Positions 50,141 to 58,880 of a DNA stretch of 64,000 nucleotides are shown here, in pieces. Within the stretch, counting starts at the first letter, position 1. Each line of letters opens with the position of its first letter. The DNA is taken from NCBI GenBank assembly GCA_036489715.1, contig DASXFG010000063.1, positions 2,272 through 66,271 on the forward strand. Reading direction: 5' to 3'. The notes below the pieces were generated by a model, which was not told the DNA's origin, searched no databases, and saw nothing but the letters and a program-made list of their open reading frames with translations. A program made the position numbers and the translations under genes. This DNA comes from Acidimicrobiales bacterium. GTDB taxonomy: Bacteria; Actinomycetota; Acidimicrobiia; Acidimicrobiales; RAAP-2.

Positions 50141-51082
50141 CTAGTCCTCCGCTCGCAGCGCGAGGCCACGCTCGTCGAGCCGGTCGGTCACGTCCTTGAG
50201 CGAGGTGGCGCCGAAGTTGGTGATCGACGTGAGGTCGCGCTCGGTGGCGTTGACCAACTGGGCGATGGTGTTGATGCCCGCGCGCTTGAGGCAGTTGCGC
50301 GAACGCTCGGTCAGGCCCAACTCCTCGATGCGGATATCGAGTTCACTGGCCGCCGCTTGGGCCGATCCCACGTCGCCGAGCTCAAGTGCGGGCGCCTCTT
50401 CGTCGAAGCTTGCGATCAGTTCGATGAGCGAACCCAGCGTCTTGCCCGCCGAGGCCAGGGCCTCACGTGGCGAAATCGACCCGTCGGTCTCGATGTCGAG
50501 AACCAGGCGGTCGAAGTCTTTGCTCTGCTCGACGCGCACGGGCTCAATCTCGAAGCTCACTCGTCGAACCGGCGAGAAGATGGCGTCCAAGGGGATCACA
50601 CCGATGGTGGACGATCCCTTGTTGCCCTCGGCACCGACGTATCCCTTGCCGCGCTCGACGGTGAGCTCGAAAGTAAGAACACTCCGCGCGTTCGTCAGGT
50701 ACGCCAGGTGCAGGTCGCCGTTGAGGATCTCCACGTCAGCGGTCGTCGAGAGGTCCGAGGCCAGGGCCGGGCCCTCGCCACGCTTGTCGAGGCGCAGCGT
50801 CACGGGCTCATCGGAGTGCACGCGCAACAAGAGGTCCTTGAGGTTGAGCGTGACGTCCTGGACGTCTTCTTTGACGCCCTCGATGACGCCGAACTCGTGC
50901 AGAACGGCGTCGAACTTGACGCGCGTGGCCGCCGCACCGGGAATCGAGGAGAGCAACGTGCGGCGAAGCGAGTTGCCCAGGGTGTGGCCGAAGCCCGGGT
51001 CGAGCGGGCCGACCGCGAAGGATTGGCGGTTGTTCACCTCGTCGCCGAGGGCTTCGATAGTGGGTCGCTGGATGATCAACAT
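50141..51082 (-). CDS. rpoA: DNA-directed RNA polymerase subunit alpha
   Basis: PLDPGFGHTLGNSLRRTLLSSIPG; C-terminal domain with LGLTERSRNCLKRAGI. Confidence 0.95.
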   Translation of the reverse strand: MLIIQRPTIEALGDEVNNRQSFAVGPLDPGFGHTLGNSLRRTLLSSIPGAAATRVKFDAVLHEFGVIEGVKEDVQDVTLNLKDLLLRVHSDEPVTLRLDKRGEGPALASDLSTTADVEILNGDLHLAYLTNARSVLTFELTVERGKGYVGAEGNKGSSTIGVIPLDAIFSPVRRVSFEIEPVRVEQSKDFDRLVLDIETDGSISPREALASAGKTLGSLIELIASFDEEAPALELGDVGSAQAAASELDIRIEELGLTERSRNCLKRAGINTIAQLVNATERDLTSITNFGATSLKDVTDRLDERGLALRAED

Positions 51083-51113
51083 AGGGAACTCCTAGGGGTA
51101 TGAATGAAAGGGA

Positions 51114-51758
51114 CTACTTGGAGTACAACTCGACGATGAGCTGCTCTTGGATCGACTCGTCGATCTGTTCGCGCTGGGGCACCACGCGCATCGTGGCGCT
51201 AAAGCCACCCTCGCCCATCTCGAGCCAGCCCGGGACGCTGCGGTCCAGGACGTCGAGGTTGCGCTTCACGTTGAAGTTCTCGCGGGTTGCGTTCTTGAGG
51301 GTGACCACGTCGCTCGGGCGCACGCGGTACGACGGGATGTCGACACGCTTGCCGTTCACGTTCACGTGCCCGTGGCGCACCAACTGGCGAGCCTGGGCGC
51401 GCGAGGCGCCCCACCCGGCGCGGTAGGTCACATTGTCCAGACGCGTCTCGAGGAACTGAAGCAAGTTCACGCCGGTCATCCCGGGGCGACGGTTCGCCTC
51501 CTCGTAGAGATTGCGGAACTGCTTTTCGAGCACGCCGTAAATGCGGCGAGCCTTTTGCTTCTCGCGAAGCTGAGTCAAGTACTCCGAGCCCTGGCGCTGG
51601 CGGTCGCGACCGTGCATGCCCGGGGGAAACGCGCGAATGCGGCGATCCGAGTTCTCAGCCACCGGGCACTTGAGCGAAAAGCAGCGCTCGCCCTTGAGAT
51701 AGAGCTTGGTGCGCTCACGTCGACAGAGTCGACAGACGGGTCCTGTGTAACGAGCCAT
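51114..51758 (-). CDS. rpsD: 30S ribosomal protein S4
   Basis: [26 protein letters not shown]..; internal ATG 51758. The upstream part of the track ORF overlaps rpsK and is spurious. Confidence 0.9.
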   Translation of the reverse strand: MARYTGPVCRLCRRERTKLYLKGERCFSLKCPVAENSDRRIRAFPPGMHGRDRQRQGSEYLTQLREKQKARRIYGVLEKQFRNLYEEANRRPGMTGVNLLQFLETRLDNVTYRAGWGASRAQARQLVRHGHVNVNGKRVDIPSYRVRPSDVVTLKNATRENFNVKRNLDVLDRSVPGWLEMGEGGFSATMRVVPQREQIDESIQEQLIVELYSK

Positions 51759-51766
51759 AGCTTTCC

Positions 51767-52162
51767 CTAACCCCGGCGACGCTTCTTGGGGCGGCATCCG
51801 TTGTGCGGCAAGGGCGTCACGTCCTTGATCGCTACGACCTCGATACCGGCCGCCGCGATGGAACGAATCGCGGTCTCGCGACCCGAGCCGGGACCGCGCA
51901 CCAGCACGTCGACCTTCTTGACGCCGTGCTCCATCGCCGCGCGCGCACACTTTTCCGCCGCGAGCTGGGCGGCGTAGGGAGTTGACTTACGCGAACCCTT
52001 GAAACCGACCTGGCCCGACGACGCCCACGACAGAACGTTGCCCTCGGGGTCGGTGATCGAGACGATCGTGTTGTTAAAGGAGCTCTTGATATGCGCAACG
52101 CCGAACGCGATGTTCTTGCGCTCCTTTTTGCGGACCTTGCGAGCCGTCGTGGGCTTAGCCAT
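51767..52162 (-). CDS. rpsK: 30S ribosomal protein S11
   Basis: [36 protein letters not shown]. Confidence 0.95.
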   Translation of the reverse strand: MAKPTTARKVRKKERKNIAFGVAHIKSSFNNTIVSITDPEGNVLSWASSGQVGFKGSRKSTPYAAQLAAEKCARAAMEHGVKKVDVLVRGPGSGRETAIRSIAAAGIEVVAIKDVTPLPHNGCRPKKRRRG

Positions 52163-52539
52163 TACTTCGTTACCTTCTTCTTACCGGCGACAGTGCGCTT
52201 GGGTCCTTTGCGAGTGCGAGCGTTGGTGCGCGTGCGCTGGCCGCGCACGGGCAGGCCCTTGCGGTGCCGTATTCCCTGGAGCGAGTTGATCTCCATCTTG
52301 CGCTTGATGTCTTGGGCGACGTCGCGACGAAGGTCACCCTCTACGGTGACGTTCTGGTCGATGTAAGTGCGCAGAGAGTTAACTTCGGATTCAGTGAGAT
52401 CCTTAACGCGCGTCGACTCATTCACACCGGTCGCCGCGCAGATCTGCTGAGCGGTGGTGGGCCCGACGCCGAAGATGTAGGTCAGGGCAATAACAGCGCG
52501 CTTCTCGCGCGGAATGTCGACGCCAGCAATACGGGCCAT
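52162..52539 (-). CDS. rpsM: 30S ribosomal protein S13
   Basis: [23 protein letters not shown]; TAATG overlap with rpsK. Confidence 0.95.
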   Translation of the reverse strand: MARIAGVDIPREKRAVIALTYIFGVGPTTAQQICAATGVNESTRVKDLTESEVNSLRTYIDQNVTVEGDLRRDVAQDIKRKMEINSLQGIRHRKGLPVRGQRTRTNARTRKGPKRTVAGKKKVTK

Positions 52540-52549
52540 GATCTCTCTC

Positions 52550-52666
52550 CTAACCCTGACGCTGCTTGTGGCGCGGGTTTGCTTCGCAGATCACGCGAAC
52601 GACCCCGGCCCGGCGAATGACCTTGCACTTCTCACAGATGGGCTTAACGCTCGCGCGAACTTTCAT
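52550..52666 (-). CDS. rpmJ: 50S ribosomal protein L36 (Zn-ribbon type)
   Basis: Hand translation: [38 protein letters not shown]; below the ORF-track length cutoff. Confidence 0.9.
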   Translation of the reverse strand: MKVRASVKPICEKCKVIRRAGVVRVICEANPRHKQRQG

Positions 52667-52700
52667 GTAATTACTTTCTCGACTCTTGTAGGAACGGGAG

Positions 52701-52925
52701 TTATCGGTAGCGATAGGTGATGCGGCCGCGAGTCATGTCATAGGGCGTGATCTCGACCTGGACCTTGTCACCCGGGAGAATGCGGATGCGGTGCATGCGC
52801 ATCTTGCCCGAGCTGTGGGCGAGCACGGTATACCCGTTCTCTAATTCCACGCGAAACATGGCGTTCGGCAGCGGCTCCACGACGGTCCCCTCAACGGTGA
52901 ACGCGTCTTCCTTCGGCTTACTCAG
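52701..52925 (-). CDS. infA: Translation initiation factor IF-1, apparent CTG start
   Basis: Hand translation: (L)[73 protein letters not shown]. In-frame TGA 27 nt upstream and no ATG/GTG/TTG before residue 16; AAGGAG lies 7 nt upstream of the CTG. Confidence 0.8.
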   Translation of the reverse strand: MSKPKEDAFTVEGTVVEPLPNAMFRVELENGYTVLAHSSGKMRMHRIRILPGDKVQVEITPYDMTRGRITYRYR

Positions 52926-53018
52926 GTTCCTTCTCCTTGTTTCTTCACTTCAGGGGCGTGAGGGAGCAAAACTCCAACACGGGTAGACCCAGGGGTCCCG
53001 CCCCGAGGTCGGCTTTCC

Positions 53019-53046
53019 ATTCTACCGGAATTTCCGAAAAACGCAA
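53019..53046 (-). promoter_or_regulatory. Candidate infA-rpmJ-rpsM... promoter
   Basis: Minus strand: -35 TTGCGT (53041-53046), 16-nt spacer, -10 TAGAAT (53019-53024), in an unusually AT-rich patch. Confidence 0.4.
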
Positions 53047-53114
53047 AAAGTCGGTAGTTTTCTCCGACCGGCGTTCGCGAGGGTCGAAGAATCGTGCCCG
53101 TCTAGTCTACGGGC
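53041..53114 (-). terminator. Two stem-loops plus U-runs downstream of the phosphatase gene (candidate terminators)
   Basis: 6-bp stem gcccgt/acgggc (53096-53114), then 5-bp stem gtcgg/ccgac (53050-53068) followed on the minus-strand RNA by UUUUUGCGUUUUU. Such T-runs are rare in this GC-rich window. Confidence 0.4.
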
Positions 53115-53156
53115 TCTAGAGATCCTCAACGCCGGCTTCCCAAGCTGGCGTCGCGA

Positions 53157-53897
53157 CTAGGTCTCGGCCAGGATCAGATCCGCCATACCGGCCATGATCT
53201 CGCTGGATACGCCCGCCGAGCGCGCCCAGGCCGCCACCCCACCGAAGCGCTCGTCGACTTCGGCGAGAAAGTTTGCCATCGTAGCCCGACGCGCGCTCAG
53301 AAGGATCGGATCGTCTCCTTCGATTTCTTCCCGGAGTCGCGGATCCCTCTTCAATTTGGCCACGATCTGGACCATGGGGGACTCTGAGAGCGCATAGTCC
53401 TCCACGACGAGGTCTCTTTTCACGCCCACGCTCGAGAGCACCAGCGAGGCGACCACTCCGGTCCGGTCCTTGCCCAAGAAACAGTTAAAGACGAGCGGGT
53501 AGTTGGCCGGCTCGGCCAACTCGGTAAACACCTGAACAAAAGCCGGTCCGCCTATCTCCAGGTACTGCAGGTAGCGACGCGTGAGATACCCCTCGTCGAC
53601 GACCGCGCGCCTCTCATTGGTTTCGTAGTTCGAAAGAACCGGAGCGCTCACGAAGCGGTGCGGTTCGGATTCCACCCGTCCGCGTCCGGTGCGCTGGACC
53701 TCGTTCGGGCTGCGCAAGTCCACGATCGCCGCCACGCCAAGGGTGCGAAACAGCTCTATGTCTGGGATCGTGAGGTCGTGGAGTGCGTCGGAGCGAAAGA
53801 GTCGTCCCCAGCGCGTGGCCCGGCCATCTTCAGTCTGGTAGCCGCCCAGGTCGCGAAAGTTGTGCACGCCTTCAAACGCCACCCGCCGATCGACCAT
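53157..53897 (-). CDS. Protein-tyrosine phosphatase family protein (Y_phosphatase3-like)
   Basis: NFRDLGG N-terminal motif and CX5R P-loop NCFLGKDRTG; 246 aa, no signal peptide. Confidence 0.7.
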   Translation of the reverse strand: MVDRRVAFEGVHNFRDLGGYQTEDGRATRWGRLFRSDALHDLTIPDIELFRTLGVAAIVDLRSPNEVQRTGRGRVESEPHRFVSAPVLSNYETNERRAVVDEGYLTRRYLQYLEIGGPAFVQVFTELAEPANYPLVFNCFLGKDRTGVVASLVLSSVGVKRDLVVEDYALSESPMVQIVAKLKRDPRLREEIEGDDPILLSARRATMANFLAEVDERFGGVAAWARSAGVSSEIMAGMADLILAET

Positions 53898-53919
53898 TCA
53901 TGAAGCGTAACGAACTAGC

Positions 53920-54834
53920 TCAGCGCGGCAACAGGTACTTCCAGACGTCGTTCGAGAGGGTGGTCACGGTGTCTATTCCGTACTCTTCGCTCGGATCGCT
54001 CTGGGTCATGATCGTCACCAGATAAAACCGACCCTGATACTGCACGAAGCCGGTCGTGTTCACCTGCCAGCCCGTGGAAGTTTCGTCATACCAGCCGTCC
54101 TTCATCGCAACCGTCGCTCCGCCCGGTGACCCCCAGCCCAGGCCGAACTGCTGGCCGCCAATCACGTGCTCCATAAGCCCGATCTCGTAGTCGCGCGATG
54201 CGGTGTCGAGTACCGAGTTGGGCAGGGCGATCACTTTTAGCAGTCGGAGTTGATCGAGAGGCGTGGTGGCGACGTCCCCCCAGGACCAGCTGGGGACCGT
54301 CGAAGTGAACCCGATCAGTTGGTTGAAGTCGTCGATTGCGTCGCGTCCGCCCACCGCGGCCCACAGCTGAGTGGCGGAATTGTCGTCGGAGGCTTCGATC
54401 ATGCTGGTGGCGAGGCGCTCTTCTTTTGGGCTCAGTGCGTGACCCGCTTTCTGAGACTCCCAGAGCAAATCAGCCAAGATGTCGATCTTCACGATCGACG
54501 CCGTGCGATCGTGGTACCCGTTGTGGTACGTGTACGTAGCGCCGCTGCCGACGTTGTAGACGGCGGCGGTGACGTTGCCCTGGCGCGACTTGAGGTAGAG
54601 CGCCGTGGCACGGCTCGTAAAGGGGTTGTCGGGGTTGTGAGTCGGCGCCGTGGTCGTGGTGGTCGTAGTCGTGGTCGTCGCAGTCGTCGTGGACGTGGTT
54701 GTGGTGGATCCCACGGGTATCGTGCTCGCCGGCGGGCCGCTGTCAGAACCCGCGCCGCTCGCGTAAAAGACAAAGGCCGCGACACACGCGAGCGGAACCA
54801 CGTTGCGAAATCGAAGCGCCACCACTACCCCCAC
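53920..54834 (-). CDS. Class A beta-lactamase-related serine hydrolase with N-terminal anchor and Thr-rich linker
   Basis: SxxK (TASIVKID), SDN-like (EASDDNSAT), KTG-like (MKDGW); N-terminal hydrophobic segment then GSTTTTSTTTATTTTTTTTTTAP. Start may be a GTG a few codons downstream. Confidence 0.55.
   Translation of the reverse strand: MGVVVALRFRNVVPLACVAAFVFYASGAGSDSGPPASTIPVGSTTTTSTTTATTTTTTTTTTAPTHNPDNPFTSRATALYLKSRQGNVTAAVYNVGSGATYTYHNGYHDRTASIVKIDILADLLWESQKAGHALSPKEERLATSMIEASDDNSATQLWAAVGGRDAIDDFNQLIGFTSTVPSWSWGDVATTPLDQLRLLKVIALPNSVLDTASRDYEIGLMEHVIGGQQFGLGWGSPGGATVAMKDGWYDETSTGWQVNTTGFVQYQGRFYLVTIMTQSDPSEEYGIDTVTTLSNDVWKYLLPR
54649..54708 (-). repeat. Poly-Thr coding microsatellite (ACC/ACG/ACT/ACA run)
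   Basis: Encodes STTTTSTTTATTTTTTTTTT (residues 43-62 of the serine hydrolase); plus strand reads ggtcgt/ggtggt repeats. Confidence 0.9.
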
Positions 54835-54879
54835 CTGATGGTACGAGTCGAGGTGACCGTCCGCGTGGAACCGGCCGTT

Positions 54880-54904
54880 AAAAAACCCGGCGTTCCCGGC
54901 CGTG
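54880..54904 (-). terminator. GC hairpin followed by U6 (candidate intrinsic terminator)
   Basis: Minus-strand RNA CACGGCCGGGAACGCCGGGUUUUUU begins 5 nt after the stop of the glycosidase gene. The stem is short (CGGC/GCCG or CCGG/CCGG) but the U6 run is conspicuous. Confidence 0.4.
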
Positions 54905-54908
54905 CCCC

Positions 54909-56072
54909 CTACGGCAAGGTCGTCGTCGTCGTGGTGGTCGTGGACGTCGTGCTGGTGGCAGGCTCATCGAGCACCAACAGGGCCGTAGAGACTGGGCGCT
55001 CGCTCGCTCGGGCGCTATAGAGCGAGCGACCGTCGGCGTACATCGAGGTCGACGAGCCGCCGTCCAGCGACAAGGCCGTCTGCACGTTCAGCGCGCGCAG
55101 CAGCGACAGCATCTCATTCCACGTCGCACCCGATACACCGTCTCGGCCGCCCACCGTGATCAAAACCGTCTCGCCCAGAGTCGTCCAACCCACGATGGTG
55201 CGGGGGTCGCGGTCGTACTCCGCGGTGTCTGAGGGGCTGACCACGCCGGGCACACCCTTATTAATGATGATCGGGTGACCGCCAATGTCGTCACAACCCA
55301 TGGTCGAATTCACGGCCAGGCTCACGCTCGCTCCCGAAGCCAGGCTCGCAAAGGCCGTGGGGTTGGACGTCGAGATCGCGACGCGGCCCGCGGGTACGTG
55401 AATGGCCCCCGCCGTGCGGCCCAGGTACTCCAGAGTCACCGCCTGGTTGATGATGGTGGGACTGACCGCCGTGCCCACTTCTTTGAACTGATACGTGGAC
55501 CGGCCCGCGGCGGTCGGCGTGGGCAGCGCATAGGCCGAGGTGTACAGAAGCGTTCCGCGTAGCCCCACTCCGGGTATTGGCAATTGCTGATTGATGGCGT
55601 TGATCGCCACGCTCGTGGTTCCCACGCTCAGCGCGGCGTTCCAGCTAAACCCCGTGCTCACGCTCGCGTTGTCAAGGTCGGCTTGTTGGTGCGACACCTC
55701 GGGAGTGTGTAGGAGTACGCAGCCCGAGGTGAGGCCGCCCACGGGGTCACCGGGGTCGGCTTTCTTTCCGCTTGCCACCTCGAAGTAGTCACCGTTGATC
55801 GCCGCCACGCAGTGGGGTGTCGACCGACAGATCGCGCTCGGCGTCTCAAGCCCCCCGTCGACCTTTCCGTGCGCCAATCCGACGCCGAGCGAGAAGGGCG
55901 CCCCGTAGAACGAGACGAGATGGATGGGCGCGTCAATGTTGTAGGGCGTGCCGACCACCGGGTAGACGTAGAGCCCCGTAGTGGCTGAGGCCAATGGCGA
56001 GCCGAGGCTCAGTGGCGCCGCGACCAGCGCCAACACCGCCAGGACCGCGAGTGCGCGCGCGGATGCGCTCAT
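54909..56072 (-). CDS. Secreted phosphodiester glycosidase family protein (DUF2233/NAGPA-like) with C-terminal poly-Thr tail
   Basis: Sec signal MSASARALAVLAVLALVAAPLSLGSPLASA; AINGDYF and SLDGGSSTSM motifs; ends ..ATSTTSTTTTTTTTLP*. The track ORF start at 56135 is an extension. Confidence 0.6.
   Translation of the reverse strand: MSASARALAVLAVLALVAAPLSLGSPLASATTGLYVYPVVGTPYNIDAPIHLVSFYGAPFSLGVGLAHGKVDGGLETPSAICRSTPHCVAAINGDYFEVASGKKADPGDPVGGLTSGCVLLHTPEVSHQQADLDNASVSTGFSWNAALSVGTTSVAINAINQQLPIPGVGLRGTLLYTSAYALPTPTAAGRSTYQFKEVGTAVSPTIINQAVTLEYLGRTAGAIHVPAGRVAISTSNPTAFASLASGASVSLAVNSTMGCDDIGGHPIIINKGVPGVVSPSDTAEYDRDPRTIVGWTTLGETVLITVGGRDGVSGATWNEMLSLLRALNVQTALSLDGGSSTSMYADGRSLYSARASERPVSTALLVLDEPATSTTSTTTTTTTTLP
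54918..54959 (-). repeat. Poly-Thr coding microsatellite at the extreme C-terminus
   Basis: Encodes ATSTTSTTTTTTTT directly before LP-stop. Confidence 0.9.
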
Positions 56073-56179
56073 AGGGAATCCGCCGCCAGGCGGTGAGGGG
56101 CCACCAACCCACCCTAGGAGTGGGGCCGCCTGCACTTTCTGGCACGGTTCCCTGAAAACGGTGAGAACCCGAATGCGCG

Positions 56180-56920
56180 CTAGGCGATGGTGAAAACTTC
56201 GGGCCCGTTCTCGGTAACGGCGATGGTGTGCTCGAAGTGCGCCGAGAGCTGTCCATCCTCGGTCATTACGCTCCAGTCGTCGTCGAGCACGTAGGTCTGC
56301 CAGGTCCCGACGTTCACCATCGGCTCAATGGCGTAGACCATGCCCGCCTTCAACTTGGGGCCGGGCGATCCCGGCCAGTAGTTGGGAACCTGAGGGTCTT
56401 CGTGCATCGCGGTGCCGATGGCGTGTCCCACGTACTCGCGCACCACACTAAATCCGGCGGCCTCGGCCACATTCTGGACCGCCCGTCCGACCTCGTAGAG
56501 TCGCCCGCCCGCGACCAACTGGTCGATGCCCGCCCAGAGCGAACGCTCGGTGATGTCCATGAGTTTGGTCGCCAGAGCACTCACCTCGCCCACGGGCGCG
56601 GTGTAGGCCGCGTCCCCGTGATAGCCCTCAATGATCGCGCCCGCGTCCACCGAGATAATGTCGCCTTCTTTCAAGACGTACTCGCCCGGAATCCCGTGCA
56701 CGATCATGTCATTGGGACTAGTGCAAATCACCGCGGGAAAGCCGTGGTAGTTCAGAAAGTTCGATCTCGCCCCGCGCTTGGCCAGGACGTCGGCCGCCAC
56801 GTCGTTGAGCTGCATCGTCGTCACGCCGGGTTTGATCGCCGCGCGCGTCGCCTCGTGGATCTCGGCGACTACTTTGCCGGCCTTGCGCATCTTGGCCAGT
56901 TCGTCCTTGTTGCGAATCAC
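56180..56920 (-). CDS. map: Methionine aminopeptidase type I
   Basis: Metal ligands in DIISVDAG, GYHGD, VGHAIG, EPM and FEHT motifs. Confidence 0.9.
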   Translation of the reverse strand: MIRNKDELAKMRKAGKVVAEIHEATRAAIKPGVTTMQLNDVAADVLAKRGARSNFLNYHGFPAVICTSPNDMIVHGIPGEYVLKEGDIISVDAGAIIEGYHGDAAYTAPVGEVSALATKLMDITERSLWAGIDQLVAGGRLYEVGRAVQNVAEAAGFSVVREYVGHAIGTAMHEDPQVPNYWPGSPGPKLKAGMVYAIEPMVNVGTWQTYVLDDDWSVMTEDGQLSAHFEHTIAVTENGPEVFTIA

Positions 56921-57576
56921 ACCAGTTCTCGCTCGCCGAGGTGGGTGTCGATGTCGGCGGCAACCACGTCCACGGCCTGATCGCCGTCGACCTTGACCAG
57001 CAGGCCCCGCTCCTCGTAGAAGGCCAGAAGCGGGAATGTCTCGCGTTCGAAGGTCTCCAGGCGCGTGGCGATCGCCTCGGGCGTGTCGTCACTGCGCTGG
57101 ACGACCGCTCCCCCGCACTTGGCGCACGTGCCCGACAGCGCGGAGTCGTCGCCGACTTTATAGACCGTGCCGCATCCTTGGCAGACGCGACGCGACGAGA
57201 GTCGAGCGATCACGATTTCGTTGGCGAGTTCGATGTAGATGCACAACTTGATGCCGCGCTCTCCCACGAAGCTCTCGAGCACCTCGGCTTGGAATGTGTT
57301 GCGCGGAAACCCGTCAAGAACCACGCCGGGCACGGTGTCGGGCTGCTCGAGACGCACCTGTACCAGGGAGTTCACCAGGTCGTCGGAGACCAGTTCTCCC
57401 GCGTCCAAGATCGACTTCACCTGCCGCCCGAGTTCCGTCTGGGCCGCGATCGCCGCGCGCAGGATATCGCCCGTGGAGACGTGGGCCAGTTCGTAGCGCT
57501 GGCAGAGCAAGTTGCTCTGGGTGCCTTTACCGGCGCCCTGCTTACCCAGGACGACAAGGTTCAGTTGACCCGACAT
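56917..57576 (-). CDS. adk: Adenylate kinase (Cys4 zinc lid)
   Basis: P-loop GKQGAGKGTQ; lid CQGCGTVYKV..CAKCGG; ATGA-type overlap with map. Confidence 0.9.
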   Translation of the reverse strand: MSGQLNLVVLGKQGAGKGTQSNLLCQRYELAHVSTGDILRAAIAAQTELGRQVKSILDAGELVSDDLVNSLVQVRLEQPDTVPGVVLDGFPRNTFQAEVLESFVGERGIKLCIYIELANEIVIARLSSRRVCQGCGTVYKVGDDSALSGTCAKCGGAVVQRSDDTPEAIATRLETFERETFPLLAFYEERGLLVKVDGDQAVDVVAADIDTHLGERELV

Positions 57577-57578
57577 GA

Positions 57579-58871
57579 CTAACGCTTCAAGAAGCCTTCG
57601 TAGTTGCGCATCATGAGCTGGGAGTCAATCTGACGCATGGTCTCGAGTGACACGCCCACCGCGATGAGCAGGGTGGTGCCGTAGTAGGGGAACTTCGAGA
57701 TGCTCCACAAGCCCATCAGAATGCTCGGGATCACCGCGACCGCAGCCAGGAACACCGCGCCCACCACGGTGAGACGCGAGAGCATGCGACTTAGATAGCG
57801 CTCGGTCGGCATGCCGGGACGAATGCCCGGAATAAAGCCGCCCTGCTGGCGCAGCATGTCGGACTGCTGGTGGGGATCGAAGGCGATGTAGACGTAAAAG
57901 AACGTGAAAGCGAAGATCAGCACGAAGTCCGCCACGATGTAGACGCCGTTGGTCGGACCGAGCGAGTTCCTCACGAACGTCTGAAAGCTGGCCCACGGAA
58001 TGATGTTGGAGAGCAGGAAGGGAATGTACAGGACCGAAGAGGCGAAGATGATGGGAATCACGCCCGACTGGTTCACCTTGAGGGGTATGTACGTCGAGTT
58101 GCCGCCCATTTCGCGACGGCCCACCACGCGTCGGGCGAAGGTAACGGGTATGCGCCGCTGGCCGTTGTCCATGAAGACAATGAGCACCAGTAGGGCTATC
58201 GAGACGATCAGGATCACGTAGAACTTGGTCGGCCCGCCCTGCTCCCAGACCGCGCGACCGCCCGAGGGTAGGCCCGAGACGACGTTGGCGAAGATGAGCA
58301 GCGACATGCCCTGGCCGATGCCCCGCTGGGTGATGAGTTCGGCGAGCCACATCACAAAGGCCGTGCCCGCGGTCAAAATCAGCACCATGAAGACGGCGTA
58401 CCAAATGTTAAAACGCGGAACCATCAAGTTGATCGTCGTACCCAGCAGCGCTTCGTCGTGTCCGTTAAAGGCGTAGATGAGGCCCGTGGACTGCAGCAGG
58501 GCCAGCGCGATGGTCAGGTACCGGGTGGTCTGGGTGATCTTCTTTTGCCCGACCGCTCCCTGATCGCGCCACTCGGCCAGTTTGGGAATAACCCCGGTGA
58601 GGAGCTGAATCACGATGGAACTCGTGATGTAGGGCATGACGCCCAGGCCGAAGACCGCAAGTCGGGTGAGCGCTCCCCCCGAGAACAAGTTCAAGAAGCC
58701 CAGCGCACCGCTGGCCCCGGCTTCTTTTTGGAGCAGCTTGACCTGGGTCCAACTCACACCCGGGATGGGCAAGTTTGCGCCGAGCTGATAGAGGCAAATA
58801 ATGCCGACCGTGAAGAGGACCTTGTTGCGAAGGTCGGGAACACGAAAGATATTCGCCAGGCGCTGAAGCAC
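57579..58871 (-). CDS. secY: Preprotein translocase subunit SecY
   Basis: 430 aa, 10 TM; LFSGGAL..FGLGVMPYITSSIV signature. Confidence 0.95.
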   Translation of the reverse strand: MLQRLANIFRVPDLRNKVLFTVGIICLYQLGANLPIPGVSWTQVKLLQKEAGASGALGFLNLFSGGALTRLAVFGLGVMPYITSSIVIQLLTGVIPKLAEWRDQGAVGQKKITQTTRYLTIALALLQSTGLIYAFNGHDEALLGTTINLMVPRFNIWYAVFMVLILTAGTAFVMWLAELITQRGIGQGMSLLIFANVVSGLPSGGRAVWEQGGPTKFYVILIVSIALLVLIVFMDNGQRRIPVTFARRVVGRREMGGNSTYIPLKVNQSGVIPIIFASSVLYIPFLLSNIIPWASFQTFVRNSLGPTNGVYIVADFVLIFAFTFFYVYIAFDPHQQSDMLRQQGGFIPGIRPGMPTERYLSRMLSRLTVVGAVFLAAVAVIPSILMGLWSISKFPYYGTTLLIAVGVSLETMRQIDSQLMMRNYEGFLKR

Positions 58872-58880
58872 TAGAGAACC

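Noticed and set aside
54775-54800. Possible lipoprotein lipobox (VPLAC) in the serine hydrolase N-terminus
   Set aside because: Position -3 is Pro rather than Leu/Val/Ile, so it does not fit the L-[AS]-[GA]-C lipobox. It is treated as a plain signal-anchor segment.
54640-54960. Short ggtcgt/ggtggt tandem repeats that might suggest a repeat array or CRISPR-like structure
   Set aside because: They lie in frame inside two CDSs and simply encode poly-Thr. There is no repeat-spacer periodicity and there are no cas genes.
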